DNA of 64,000 nt. It comes from Hormiphora californensis (Eukaryota > Animalia > Ctenophora). Numbering within the stretch: position 1 is the first letter of the stretch; each line of letters starts with the position of its first letter. Location: the NCBI GenBank assembly GCA_020137815.1, contig CM035356.1, positions 5,518,001 to 5,582,000 on the forward strand, read 5' to 3'. A program made the translations under genes and the position numbers. Below the pieces are notes generated by a model. That model searched no databases, was not told the origin of the DNA, and saw only the letters and a program-made list of their open reading frames with translations. Positions 1 through 12,589 of this stretch are shown one piece after another.

Positions 1-3000
1 TGATCAGCGAGAGCTTCCAGGTGCGTACTATTACCTTCCACCTAATTTAAATAGTAATTGACACCTAATTACTATACTATCCTATCACCTTATTGATACC
101 TAATTGACCTAAATTTGAAGGGGCTGGAGCTATAGGAAACATATCAGAAAATTGAGCCTGGGGCATTTTGTATGGGTTTTTGGCCTACAATACAGTCCTC
201 TGTTTGACCATCAATAACACAGGCAACTGCACCCTGTAAAGCAAACCAACCAGACCTGAATTAAGATACGTACTGCCCCTAAGGGTAATATATAGTAGAT
301 CGAGTAGTCTTGATAAGTCTCAACAAAATGGACTGAGTGTGAAGTATTGCACCCCAGCCCCTTTTTATATCTCACCATGTCCCCCTCACGTGAGCGTGGT
401 ATGCCCCCCCCCAGTTAATAGTTAAGCTGTCTTGAATACGAGCTCAATAATGCCAGACAAGTTAGGGGAAGTGTTTAAAATTTGGGGGTGATAACATAAT
501 GTCTCATGCTATCGAATCCCCCTATTGGCTTGTAGAACTTACATGTGTCAGACACTCCGTCATGTATCTATCATTCTATCAGCTAGGTGGGTATATATTT
601 ATGAAATAAATTTACAAAAACAAACAAGGAAGTTTAGTTCAACAGTTTACACATGTTTCAATACAAAACAAATTGTATTTCATCAGAACTGAATCACACT
701 TGTCCCGTTCCAGGTTTCTTGCTTGCTCCTTCATAAAGCCATCCAATCAGAGATTGTATTTCTTGTGATGTCTGCAACTACCCATGATCTCGCTTCTCCG
801 ATTTAGGAGTTGGTGGTTCCTGGACTCCATCAAAATCTCCATCTTTTCGGTAGTGCACAGGTCACAGAACCGGTCCCCAATTCTGTACGGTCTTCCCTTT
901 TTCCTCACTTTCCAAGTGATCCCGAATGTGACCCCCTTGTCTTTCAACTCCCACACCTTTTCAGACAGCCTTGTAGATGTTCTTTTTTCGGGGTTGTTGA
1001 ATGTGTGCTTGTGCTGGCTGAATCGGGTTTTAAATGAGTTCCCTGTTAACCTGATGTAGAGAAATTTCTGGTTGCAGTTGGTCTTCAGTTGAGCTTCGTA
1101 TACCAATGATTCGGTGAGGCACTTTCCATCCAATGGACAACTTCCCTTGTCCTTACAGTTGCATAATTTATCAGGCACATCCGTTGGTTTCGGGCCCCCA
1201 TGTGTTAGTTTTTTATTGTGGGCCTTTATCCTCGATTCCATGTTTTTCATGCAACTGTATGATACCTTGAGAGTGTTTTTGTTGAAGATCTGGCTGTAAA
1301 TGTGTCCTGCTGGAAAGTGTCTTGCCACTAAACCAAGAAACTTTCGTCCCAGGTCCGTTTCAACATCCACAGAAAATGGTGGGTTAAACCATATTACCCT
1401 TCGCCGTCCTTTCCTTTTCCTTTTCCCTTTTCTCGCAACGTCTTTATATTCTGTTGAGAAGCCCTTGTAACCACTCTGCTCCAAAGCTCCTTGGTAGTGA
1501 TATCGTGCCGCTTGGAAAGCACTTGGACTGGATGACAATCGTCTTATGCGATCCATTACCATGTCAGGGATGTTCTTCAGCACAGTTGGCGGATGGTTGG
1601 ATGAGCTATGAACATAATTCGAGGTTTTTCCATCCTTTCGAAATGGCATGAATGTACCATCATTTCTCATCGTGGTGTCAAGAAAGTTGATGTACTCTGA
1701 TGGCATTGATACCTCGATTTTCAACCCTTCCTCCTGGAAGATTGATATTAAATCTTTCCTGATCCTCTCCATTTTGGGTCCGTTTGGCTCTTCCACGATG
1801 ATCAACCCATCATCCCTGTACCTAATACTACTTGTATTATAGTTATCATGTCAAGTACTGTAAAAGCTGATACCGCGGGTGAAAATTATCGCACCGCAAA
1901 ATAACCACTTTTACAGTACAAATAAGATTTTGGATGCAATTTAACTAGCTAACACCCTCCCATGTTCCCATACCAAATTAAACTTGGTCGATTAAACAAT
2001 TAAAGAGATTCAATAAAAATTTTTTCGGTGTGGGCCCTGGACAGCCTGCATGCTATAAATTAAGGGTATAATAAACGCTCTTGTAATACACTATTTACCA
2101 ACCACTAAAATCTACTAAATCCACGTTACCATGGTAACCAATAAATCTGCGTTACCATAGTAACCACTAAATCCCGACTGATATATATCTGCAGGTAACT
2201 AACCAGGGGAAGAGTATGCCGGCGCTAACCATAGGAGGGCTGGCTATATCAGAAGAATGGCGAGGCAGGGGTCTCGTTATAAATCTGGTGAAACGAGGAG
2301 CAGGGCGGGTGAACGGTGAACACATGCACTTGTTCAATTTGAAGAAGGACAGAAGGTTGTTTCCCTGTGCCGAGTTGGCAGTGTGGTGGTATCCAGTGAA
2401 GCCAGAGACAGCAACCAAGATGACACTCTTCAAGGTAAACACACACACACACACACACACACACATACCCGGCCTTTATTGGGTATTGAACTATGAAATG
2501 CCCTCTTTTTTCTCCCTCCTGTGTTGTACTCTCTCACGATATCGCACACGCTACGTCTAAGCGACCCAACTCTCTTCAAAGAAGCTGCCCAAAATATTTG
2601 CTGTTCTTCTTGGCATACGCTGCAGTCCCAATATTATATGGTTGCCGTCAAAATGTGGGGGGTTTTGGGCGTATGCCAACTTATTGGCCAGTTAATTAAA
2701 GATTGAAGAGCCGCTTCCAAGAATCCCACCCAAAACCAAAGAACTAAACTTTAATACATCTAGGTTGCCTAGCTTTGAAAATCAAAGGGGATGAAATTGA
2801 ATAAAGTATATCTGGCATTTTCATGGCCGGTTTTACTAAAAGCTCATTCCCTCAAGGTAACACCGGAGCCAACAGAAGAGCGTATTATAGAGCTGACGGA
2901 GAGGATTGGTGAGGGTGAGGGTGTTCTAAGATGTCGCCCCATGGGGTGTGGAGATGTGGAAATTGTCAAGGGAATGCTCCATAAGGAATCAATCAAATAC

Positions 3001-6000
3001 TCCCTGGCAAGAATCTGGACTAGTGACCACGTTTCAAAGTAAGAACAATGTACTTGATCTGGAACTAGAAACTGCTTACACCTAAGACATAGTAAACAGC
3101 TGCTCTCTCCTTGCTAAAGTATCGATCTCTCTAAACCTGCTCTCTCTCTCTCCTTGTTAAAGTAACGATCTCAATAAACCTGCTCTCTCCTTGTTAAAGT
3201 AACGATCTCACACGGGATAAGCTATGAATTGTAAGCTTTCTACGCAACAAAGGCGCTACTTTATATAATAGTTGTCGGAAAGGTGTAACATATAACAAAG
3301 GGTGTGATAGATCACTAATGTGTTAGACAAAGGCAGGATGGATTCCAAAAAAGATACACATGAACAAAGGCAGTATAGTTTCAAAGATAGATTAACACGG
3401 GAACAAAGGCGATGGTTTCAAAGAAAGAGATATAGAAAGAAAGATATCCAACAACAGAAAAATATATGTTGACAGAAATTTTCTGAGAAAAAAAGAAGAA
3501 GATTCTAGTGAATTCGCTAGACCAGAACATCGCATGCTAATTGACAGATGGTGAAAGCTCTAAACTACTGTCGACAATTGAAACGCAACACTATATTCTA
3601 CTTCAGTCTCTCTTCTTTCTAAAATCTCGGCTATTAAGACAATTCAAACTAGATTGCCAAATACCATTTAAGATTATAAGCTAAGCATCGCTATCTCACT
3701 CTCCTATCTATCTATATCTCTCCATCTCTTTCTTCACTCTTACCCTAATTTCTCGACCCTTCTCGTCTAATTTGCTCTCCTCCCTCTCATGTCCCTTGTA
3801 TTCCTACCCGGTCCCAGTGAGAGTCTGAGTGAGAGTCTACCTAGCCCCAGATTCTTTACCCACAGCCCTAGTTACACTCTCTCTTCAAGAGTCTACCTTT
3901 ATAGTAGTAGTCAACAATCAACATTCGGGGCCTGGCAAGGCCCCCCGACCCGAATATAACCCAAACTCAACCCATCCCCCCTAAAACATCCCCCCTAAAA
4001 CTAAAACAACGGGGCCGAGCCGACAGGCCCTTAATACCAGATGAAAAAAAAACCATAAACCATAGATATTTTTAGAGTGAAAGTTTTGAAGCCCCCTGAA
4101 GTAGTAGAGAGGTGTTCTATGGCTCGTTGGAAAGGTCTCGAGGTCCCGCGACGTATAGGGGGTGTGGCGATGGCCATACCCAAACCTATAAGGGGTAGGA
4201 CGCGAAAAACAGTCAAAATAAGGGGTATGCTGAACTCGGTAATTAGAAGGAGTAGAAAGGTGTTCTAGGGTGCGTTCGAAAGCTCTCGAGGTACTGAAGT
4301 AATTGGAATGTAATTGGAAGTAATTACATGTAATTAAAATGTAATTACATGTAATTAAAGGGTAATTACATGTAATTAAAAGGTCTAAATGACCCCAAAT
4401 GACAATTCAGACATATTTTGACGTATTTGGAGGCCCTGAGACCAGCGGGTGGCCAAATTTAATCCGGTTTCGGGTCGGCTGACGTAAAAACTCCGCGTTT
4501 TGGTCGAGGTATATAACAATGCCGCTAGGATCATGCGAATTTGTAAGCTGATGATGTGTGCCAATAACAATATATACGGAGTCTCCGCCGTGCAACTCAT
4601 TAAATGTAGGGGGGTCAAAGATTTTATGCCAATTAAGAGACAGAGAGAGAGGAAATGAAGGAGAGACAAGGTGAGACAAGGAGAAAAGGTTGACAGCAAT
4701 TATAGAGACTAGTACTGCAGGTAATATATTGAGACAGTCTGACAATATTCGGTCTAGCCTGTCATGGCCATCATTTGACCAAAAGGCGACGGACCAATTG
4801 TTCTCTCTACACTCCCAAGAAAATTATTGTTTTTTCCAGAAAGTAAGCGAGAATACTCAGTGACTGCAGTGAGCAATGAGCATTGCTCAACCCTGTCAGG
4901 CCAATGCTCTGACAGGCTCAACCCCCACAGTGGGAGCTGCCGTGGCACCGTGGTGCATGCTTTTCGAGCCGTAAAACACTTTATGTCAGCGTACCCCCCC
5001 TTCACCTTCTCACTTCGTTCATTAATGGGCAAAATCGTAATTTAAATGGTAATTTGTCAGGTCATTCACCCTAAAAACTTGGATAGAAAGTACCCTGCAC
5101 CTGTTATAGCTCCAGGGTTAGAATTCACTACATTTGGAAAATGTAATGCAGTCGGAAATTAATAGTTCAATATAGGTCAAAAATCTCGGAGAGAAATCTT
5201 GCACTGAAATAATTCAGAAAACTGCAACCAAAGTGACAGCTCTTCTCGGTTTTTATTGAGTTCTCGGACCGAGAATCTAGATGTTTGAGGAGTGATCTCT
5301 CCTGCAATATTTGTGCCTAGTCTGAGACGAATCCAGAACCTTCCCTCAAATAACCCCCTCACTTCCCCATATATAATGGTTGCTACCCCTCCCCTCCCCA
5401 ATGGTTGTTACTCCTCCCAAAGTATCCCCCCAATTTACCATAGTAACCAAACTCCCCCAGATGGTTGTTACCCCGGGGAGACGTGTTCCACTCCTACATT
5501 GTGAGAGACATCTACACTGGGGAGGATGCCGACTTCTTTAGCTTTCACGTCGTATCCTATAGGACAAGTACGTTTCTAACCCCCATGATCTACCCTTTAA
5601 GACCCCGAAAGCCGAGCTTTCATCAGGCCCACTCTCTCGCTCAAAATCTGGGACACAACTACCTAAACAAGATTATATTCTTCGCTCAAAGTCTCGGATA
5701 CACATTTTATTAACTAGATTTTATTCTTCTACAGGTGGAGTGGTGGTGAGAGTTGCGATACCTGGATATCTGACCAGCGATAAAACCAGGAAGATTGATA
5801 TGGTGCGATATATCCTAAAGGTAAATCAATTTGACAGGTACTCTATCACTCACTGCTTGAAGATACTTCAACTTGGCAGAAATATTTGTTGAATTTTTCC
5901 CTGCCCGGGTGAATACCGAAGGCATAACCTTTCTTCGGCGATATGATAGAACATAATGATTAATACAAATAATATTGCGAAAACTATTTTACAGGCACTA

Positions 6001-6649
6001 CGATACTGCAGTGCACAATAAAAAACCACATTATATATCTCCTCTCCCCTGCACACAGCTTATAGCAAAGAAAATGAGATTTGCAGCTAGCTCTATCTCT
6101 CTATCCCTATTTCGTTCTATCTCACAGCCTCTTTCGATGTGTGTATCTCCTTCTTCACCGTATCTGGTTTTTCTGCCGAAAACTTGCACCTAAATGACTT
6201 TACTGTACGCAAAAAAAACGGGGGGCACTAATTCTACAGCTATCAATCGAAGTGTAGGTACTACCCACCCTTCGATTGTCGATTGATATCTGGGACCTCG
6301 ATATCTGGGACCTCGATTGTCGATTGATAGCTGGGTAGTCGAGAAGAATATTGAACGGTCAGTGACCACTCTTGATGTACTTACGTAGAGTGCAGAGACG
6401 GCCTCGAAGAAGAAGAACGTAGGTAGGAGTGACAGGTCACAGAGATTTGTGAAGCTAGGGTACTTTTAGCCGACTATATTTTCAATTGCTCGGTCACATA
6501 TATCTCATCACACGCGGTGGAGCCTAAGTTAGGGTACACAGCGCGACATGATTAATCAAATTAGATCTTCGCAGTGATCATGTGGGACATAAATTAAAGA
6601 TCTTTGGCAAACTGGAGAAAGATTCACCAAAATGTATCAAACTTATACA

Positions 6650-6684
<35 letters not shown>

Positions 6685-6685
6685 T

Positions 6686-6727
<42 letters not shown>

Positions 6728-8701
6728 AGGGCAAAACTTTCTCGTAATTTATACTGTTCATTGAACGGTGTGTTAAAATCCTGCCCGGTATTCGCCAAGT
6801 AAGATTCCTTCTCCTCCTTAAGAATTAACACCACCCAGCCCTTCATGCTCTCTCCTAGTTAAAGTAACAATCTTACTCAGCCTTCTTGTGCCTCTTTCCT
6901 CTATCTTCCAGTTCTCTCTCCTAGTTAAAGTAACAATCTCACTTCCCTTTGTAAGAGAGTGTAAATAGGGCATGGTAAAGAGCAACAGATACTGTCAGAC
7001 AGCAAGATCTTGCCAAGTTTATAAAGAGAGTAGAGAAATTAACAGTTTTACGATCAAACAATCTATAAGTATATTTAAAATAAACTGAGGTTCATTTGTA
7101 GTTGCACAGAATTTATTGAACGGGTCTTTAAAACCAACAGTCAGAATTGAGAAGTTATAGCTAGTAAATTATGTGCATATAATAACGTGTTGCTAGTAAA
7201 TTATGTGCATATAATACACAGTGGTCATGTTTCTGACAGTTAGTCAGGTCATGTGATCCCCACCGAATCGAGAATTGCTAATCAGGCTTAGTGGGGAAGA
7301 ATCACGTATCACAGTCGCTAATGAGAGATGTGTATCGAAAAAGCGACATGTGATTCGAGAGCACTTGGCTAAAGAGGCCACTTGTTAATGAGCTTCGGAT
7401 CTCATGACCAATCGTCATCGTCATCCCTCATTAGCGGCTGTGTTACGTGATTCTCCACCACTAAGCCTGATTAGCAATTCTGAATAACTTATACGATTCG
7501 ATGGGGATCACATGACCTGACTAACTGTCAGAAACATGACCACTGTGTGCCTTGTGATTGTCCGTTTTGGCTTTTCTTGGTCGCACTTGAAAGAAAATCG
7601 ATAGCCAAAGACAATTGCCTGACTTCTGGAACGAATTATCATGTTTTTTGGAATGAATGACAATGTTCATTCCGATAAAAAAAATGAACTTTGAGCTAAA
7701 AGCCTGAAATTTTGTGGAACCTATTTATTTGTCCCATAGAACAGCTGTGTAGAATTTTAGAGTTCTACGATATCTGGAACTATGCTAGTCTAGGGGGGAC
7801 ATTTTTTTTGCCCAACACGTTATATAATCTCTCTTATGGCAAGATTGGGGAAGACAAGATTGGGAAAGACAAGATTGGGAACTGCAGATCAAGTAAAAGA
7901 GAGATTTTTATAAACTCATTTTATGAATATCTTTATAGCGACTAAGTGTACTGCACTTTGTCTATTCAAGACAATTATCACGTCTAATAGACACACATAA
8001 TATGGAGAGATGACACATTTTTTAAGGTCCTTAAGAAGCTTTCAACACAAGTCGCCAACAAGTGGGCCTAGATGGAACTTTGAACATTCCATCACGCTGA
8101 TCTAGTTGCTTCAATACTAAAAGGTAGGTATAATGGCAATATTTCGTGCACAAATTTTGTTATAACATAGAAGGAGTAGGAAGTGGGCCCTCTCCGAGCT
8201 AAGAGAGCGGCTATATATTTTTACAATGACAAGTTAACATCCTGCCTGCTACCTCTAAATTCTCTCACCATGTCCTCTCTCTATGATCTGCTCTCTCCTA
8301 GTTAAAGTAACTATCTCACCTCTCTCCCCTTCTCTAGGCTCTCCACGTTTCTGGTTCGTATGAGTGTTTTAAATGTACTACTGCATTCTACACAGTACAG
8401 GGCCAGAGGGGGGGGGGGGTTAAACCTAAAATCTAGGGTTGGGTATCGATGGTAATATTTATGGTAATATTTATGGTTGAACCTTGGTATCGAAGACATC
8501 TCACCCCCCCCCCTTTAGATTTGTGCGTGAGGGGCGCGCAAATGGCAGTCTAGCTTGGCAAAGTTTTGTATCGACGAATGACCTGCGAGCTCTATATAAA
8601 ATGAGGCTATTTACCTGATCCTATGACGTAATCTATGTCGGTATTATGCGATGTTTATGTCAAACTTGATATGATGAGAGAGACAAAGAAAGAGAGGGAG
8701 A

Positions 8702-8789
<88 letters not shown>

Positions 8790-8791
8790 GA

Positions 8792-8844
<53 letters not shown>

Positions 8845-8994
8845 AGAGAGAGAGAGATAGAGATAGAGATAGAGATAGAGATAGAGAGAGAGAGATACAA
8901 CAATACATTGCATGGATGAATACAGATCAGTAAGCTGTATATAAAGGGCGGCTTTACATGTAACTGCACTGATTTGATGAATGTTCTCTCTCTC

Positions 8995-9084
<90 letters not shown>

Positions 9085-12000
9085 TCTTCTTCTACACAAT
9101 CATCACCGACATGTGTATATTAACAACAACATTACCCATGAGCTACATGGGTACGGAATTTTACTCAACAACTCAGAGAAACTCAGAGTGGGAGATGAAT
9201 AGGAGAACCGCGTGGTGGCCGGGCGTTATGCCTCCTGCCGGTATGCCCACCAGTGGTGGGCAAACAAGTCAGCACCCAACGGAAAAATAGATTATAAAAT
9301 TGGTACAGCGACTGCTTTATTGTTGATTAAAGTGTAGGAACCGGCGATAATATCGAATCGAATAGAAAGATCGAGAGATCGGATCGAATCGAATCGAATC
9401 GAGTAGTTTTTTGAGCCCAAAGATCGAATCGAGATCGAATCGAGATTTTTTGATCCCCCAAAGATCGAATCGAGATCGAATCGAGATTTTTTGAACCCTC
9501 AAAGATCGAATCGAATCGAATCGAAATTTTTTGAACGCTCAAAGATCGAATCGAGATCGAATCGAAAGTTTTTGATCGCACAAAGATCGAATCGAGATCG
9601 AATCGATATTTTTTGATCCCCCAAAGATCGAATCGAGATCGAATCGACATTTTTTGAAAACCGAAAGATCGAATCGAAATCGAATCGAGATTTTTTGAAC
9701 CCTCAAAGATCGAATCGAGATCGAATCGAGATTTTTTGAAAACCGAAAGATCGAATCGAGATCGAATCGAAAGTTTTTGAACCCTCAAAGATCGAATCGA
9801 GATCGAATCGAAATTTTTTGAAATCTCAAAGATCGAATCGAGATCGAATCGAAAGTTTTTGAACCCTAAAAGATCGAATCGAGATCGAATCGAAAAATTT
9901 TGGTCGTCCAAAAAAAGATCGAGATCGAATCGAGAAAAAAATATCCGGTATCGCCGGTTCCTATTAAAGTGTAAGCGAAACAACAACGAACTGGCTGTGC
10001 GTCCCGCAACGTTGCGCATGTGAATCTCTCCGGTGAGATCGTTATGCGCAACGAATGCGCGACGCACAGCCTGTTGCTGTTATTTCAGTATTTCGCTTTA
10101 GGGATACGTTTAGATACCAACAATTTTGATATAATACAATATGCCAATGCCCAATAATTCAACGGTGTAAGAAACATAGCGATCCGTTAGATACTATCTA
10201 GCAGTAGAACTAGAACTAGAAGCACTATTATATAGAAGCAGTATAATATCACATACTCTCTTAACACACAACCATGTCAAACACAATGGTAACATGTACT
10301 GTTTGCAGACAACTATAGTTATATCTCGCGATACAGCAACATTAGCAAAATCTTATTGAGACGCACTGACATCATCTGGTAGTTATCGGTACTGATACAA
10401 CTGTCTCAGGCCTCTCTCTCTCTATCCTTCTTTCTCTCCATATCCTTCTCTCTTTCCCTCGCTATCTCTCTATCTCCTATAATTGACTTAAAGAAACTAC
10501 CCCCATATCCATTTCTTCGAGCCTCTATATCAGATCCCTCTACCATCTGTAACACCAAACTTTCAAATTCGCAGGAAATTTTGTCGAGTAAGGAAATTCA
10601 AATTCTCATTTCCTTGGCTTGTTTAGACTGTCTCGTACTTCAACAAGTGTCTCAAATCTCAAAATATTACTATCTTTCCCCAGCAAATACTCTGGTTCTA
10701 AAAGTTTTAACAGTTTAACAAGATGAGAGAAAAAGAGAGGAGAGCTGAGAGAGAGAGATGATGTAATTCCAGACAGACAATAACTAAAAAGTATGGGAGG
10801 CGGGAGCTAAATAATTAAGTAGTCAGAATATTTAGTACAGGTTGACTTGGTGCGAGCCCGATTCATCACGCGAAAGACAACCTGCCTAGCATGACGTTGT
10901 TATCACTGCGCTGGCAAGCGCAAAGGTTGCCATTCCCCCTCCCCCAAAAGCGCTGCCAGAAACGCAGTTATACGTTTTATGGGTGTTTGGCTAAAAAACC
11001 GGATTTCGAAAGGCTATAGCATCGCTCTCTTTCATCGGATTGACTTGAAATTTGGAATGTATACCCGGCTTGGGGTCCTTTACTTAAGTTTAAAATTTCA
11101 AGTCTCTATCTCATCTGGGACGGAAGTTACAGACTGGTCCCATTTGCTGAAGATTCAGTGTAACGGACGCGCGCGTACGCGCGCGCATAGGAGAGACGCT
11201 TTTTCTGAGCACGGTTCTGAACAAACGGAAAGAGATAGAGACTTATCGTTTTCACTAGCTTGTAGATCTACTCAATTATTGTGTTATTAGCGGGGTGAGG
11301 TTTTCAATCATCCCCAGGAACGTCCTACAGAACGTCTGAAAGTCGTCATTTTTCAGACTCTGACCGAACTTCTTTGAGCTCAATTTACACCCTTAAGACG
11401 GATTCTAATCGAAAAACGAAGACTATATCATGGAAAGAGAATTGTCTAAACTTTCAGAAACTATATTTCGAATTTTCAAAACTGCATGTATAAGGGTCTT
11501 AAAACGCGTCTGAAGTGTCATGACTGTTTAAAAATAGGTATGACGATATGGGTTTTTTCGCCATAGCGATCTCAAATCGTATCCAATCGATCTCAAACTC
11601 GGTCAGTATCTTCATCTAGGTAATCCGGATGATATGACGTCGTAATTATGACGTCATAACGTCGTGACGTCATTTTATGACGTCAAAATGACGTCAAAAA
11701 TGAAATTTTCTCAATTTCGCGATTCAATCCTCTCTGTACCTGTTTTACTACATCTAAATGGATAAAAATCCCAAAAATGATGCAAATTATACCAAAACTA
11801 ATTGAAATTAGTAGGCCGGAAAGGTTGCCCTATGATTTGAGCTACCTTTGGCACCAGTACATTCCCTTTTGAAGATAGAGTAAGCATCTGCCATACCCTG
11901 TCTGTACCCCGTGAATGTTACGTTGACAAAGATAGCTCAAATCATAGGGCAACCTTTCCGGCCTACTAATTTCAATTAGTTTTGGTATAATGTTCTAACC

Positions 12001-12589
12001 CTCCTTTACATTTGTAAAGGGGGTCGAGCTAGGCAAGCATGGCGAGGTTTGACATGTATAATTATTATAAAAGGAACGTGGCAATAGTTTTGTAGAAGCA
12101 AGGGGAAGTTCCAGGGTGTCCCAGGGGAAGTAGTATATTGTAGCTATAAGCAGTAATGACACTATGGGCAGGTTTATTCGTCTCTAAATGGCGCTAGCAT
12201 ATTTCATAGCTTGATAATTGACTGATAATTTGTTGGTTAATTATCTGCCACGCCAATTTCACACCTAGGTAGCTCCAATAAATCACCATAACTTAGGTTT
12301 ACACGCAATTTCAACACAAGAAATATATAGGCTGACGAAATTGTTACTTAATTATCCATAATACATAGTACATGTGTCCCTATTTAATATAATTACCCCA
12401 ATTTCCCAGGAGTCAAAGCGCCTCAACGTGGACTATATTCACGGGTATGGTGCCTTTGGGTACGACAGTGTGTTCAAAGAGCTCGGGTTTATTCGAAACC
12501 AACAGGAGGTTCACTATCTTCAAATGTTGAATTGGGAAAGTAGACAGTTTTCCGGAGAGGAAATCGGACTTTCCTGGATCCAATACTGA
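1..12589 (+). CDS. Divergent glycylpeptide N-myristoyltransferase (NMT)-like double-GNAT protein, 5' end outside window; exons <1-20, 2195-2434, 2857-3038, 5461-5567, 5735-5820, 12410-12589
   Basis: All introns are GT-AG with consistent phases (0,0,2,1,0). Spliced product ...ALTIGGLAISEEWRGRGLVINLVK...RCRPMGCGDVEIV...HVSKWLLPRGDVFHSYIVRD..GEDADFFSFH...ESKRLNVDYIH...HYLQMLNWESRQFSGEEIGLSWIQY* is collinear with NMT blocks (GLRPME.KD, EEVEHWF.P, GEVTDFLSFY, YYLYNW...KVGLVLQ). Confidence 0.8.
600..1825 (-). mobile_element. Penelope-like retroelement, 5'-truncated (RT from YRDD onward, thumb, GIY-YIG endonuclease), antisense in an intron of the NMT-like gene
   Basis: ORF 747-1805 is extended upstream by YRDDGLI. 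It contains INFLD, Y..S.NHPP, IWFNPPFS, K.SYSCM.N, CNC...CPLDGKC, VY...YI(R)LT..FK.R..QH and the C-terminal CDLC/CRH Cys motifs. The left boundary is approximate. Confidence 0.92.
643..691 (-). ncRNA. Minimal type I hammerhead ribozyme in the Penelope 3' region/pLTR
   Basis: Minus strand reads CAGUU-CUGAUGA-AAUACA-auuuguuu-UGUAUU-GAAA-C-augu-G-UA-AACUG: intact core boxes, 5-bp stem I, 6-bp stem II, minimal stem III and a GUA cleavage triplet. Confidence 0.88.
1856..1918. mobile_element. Very small Tc1/mariner-type MITE (TA-flanked)
   Basis: Inverted ends TACTGTAAAAG ... CTTTTACAGTA. Confidence 0.5.
4893..4915. mobile_element. 23-bp CTGTCAG nano-element with 8-bp TSD
   Basis: CTGTCAGGCCAATGCTCTGACAG flanked by a perfect GCTCAACC direct repeat (4885-4892 / 4916-4923). 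Confidence 0.75.
7217..7547. mobile_element. Palindromic MITE with long TIRs
   Basis: CACAGTGGTCATGTTTCTGACAGTTAGTCAGGTCATGTGATCCCC... is mirrored at the right end; internal segments are also inverted. Confidence 0.75.
8696..9080. repeat. (GA)n then (TC)n microsatellites; similar tracts at about 6650, 17340-17600, 27675, 28100, 33885-34130, 36495, 41975, 45263, 48900-49110, 57195, 58068, 63519
   Basis: Directly visible dinucleotide runs; these produce the spurious RE/SL ORFs. Confidence 0.97.
9335..9963. mobile_element. hAT-type non-autonomous element filled with an ~40-bp tandem array
   Basis: 15-bp TIR TAGGAACCGGCGATA / TATCGCCGGTTCCTA; perfect 8-bp TSD TTAAAGTG; internal unit AAAGATCGAATCGAGATCGAATCGA(G/A)ATTTTTTGAACCCTC. 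Confidence 0.88.
11787..11990. repeat. Inverted repeat (~64-bp arms) at the end of a dispersed transposon-like segment that resembles 26130-26410
   Basis: TTATACCAAAACTAATTGAAATTAGTAGGCCGGAAAGGTTGCCCTATGATTTGAGCTA is mirrored at 11926-11990; the upstream 11553-11830 matches 26130-26410. Confidence 0.7.

Noticed and set aside
8635-9202. RE-rich and SL-rich ORFs here and throughout the window
   Set aside because: Products of (GA)n/(TC)n microsatellites.
9327-10067. 246-aa ORF with SIRSRFDL repeats
   Set aside because: Translation of the internal tandem array of a TSD-flanked MITE.
9993-10071. ~80-nt pre-miRNA-like hairpin
   Set aside because: Indistinguishable from the many palindromic MITE remnants; no expression evidence.
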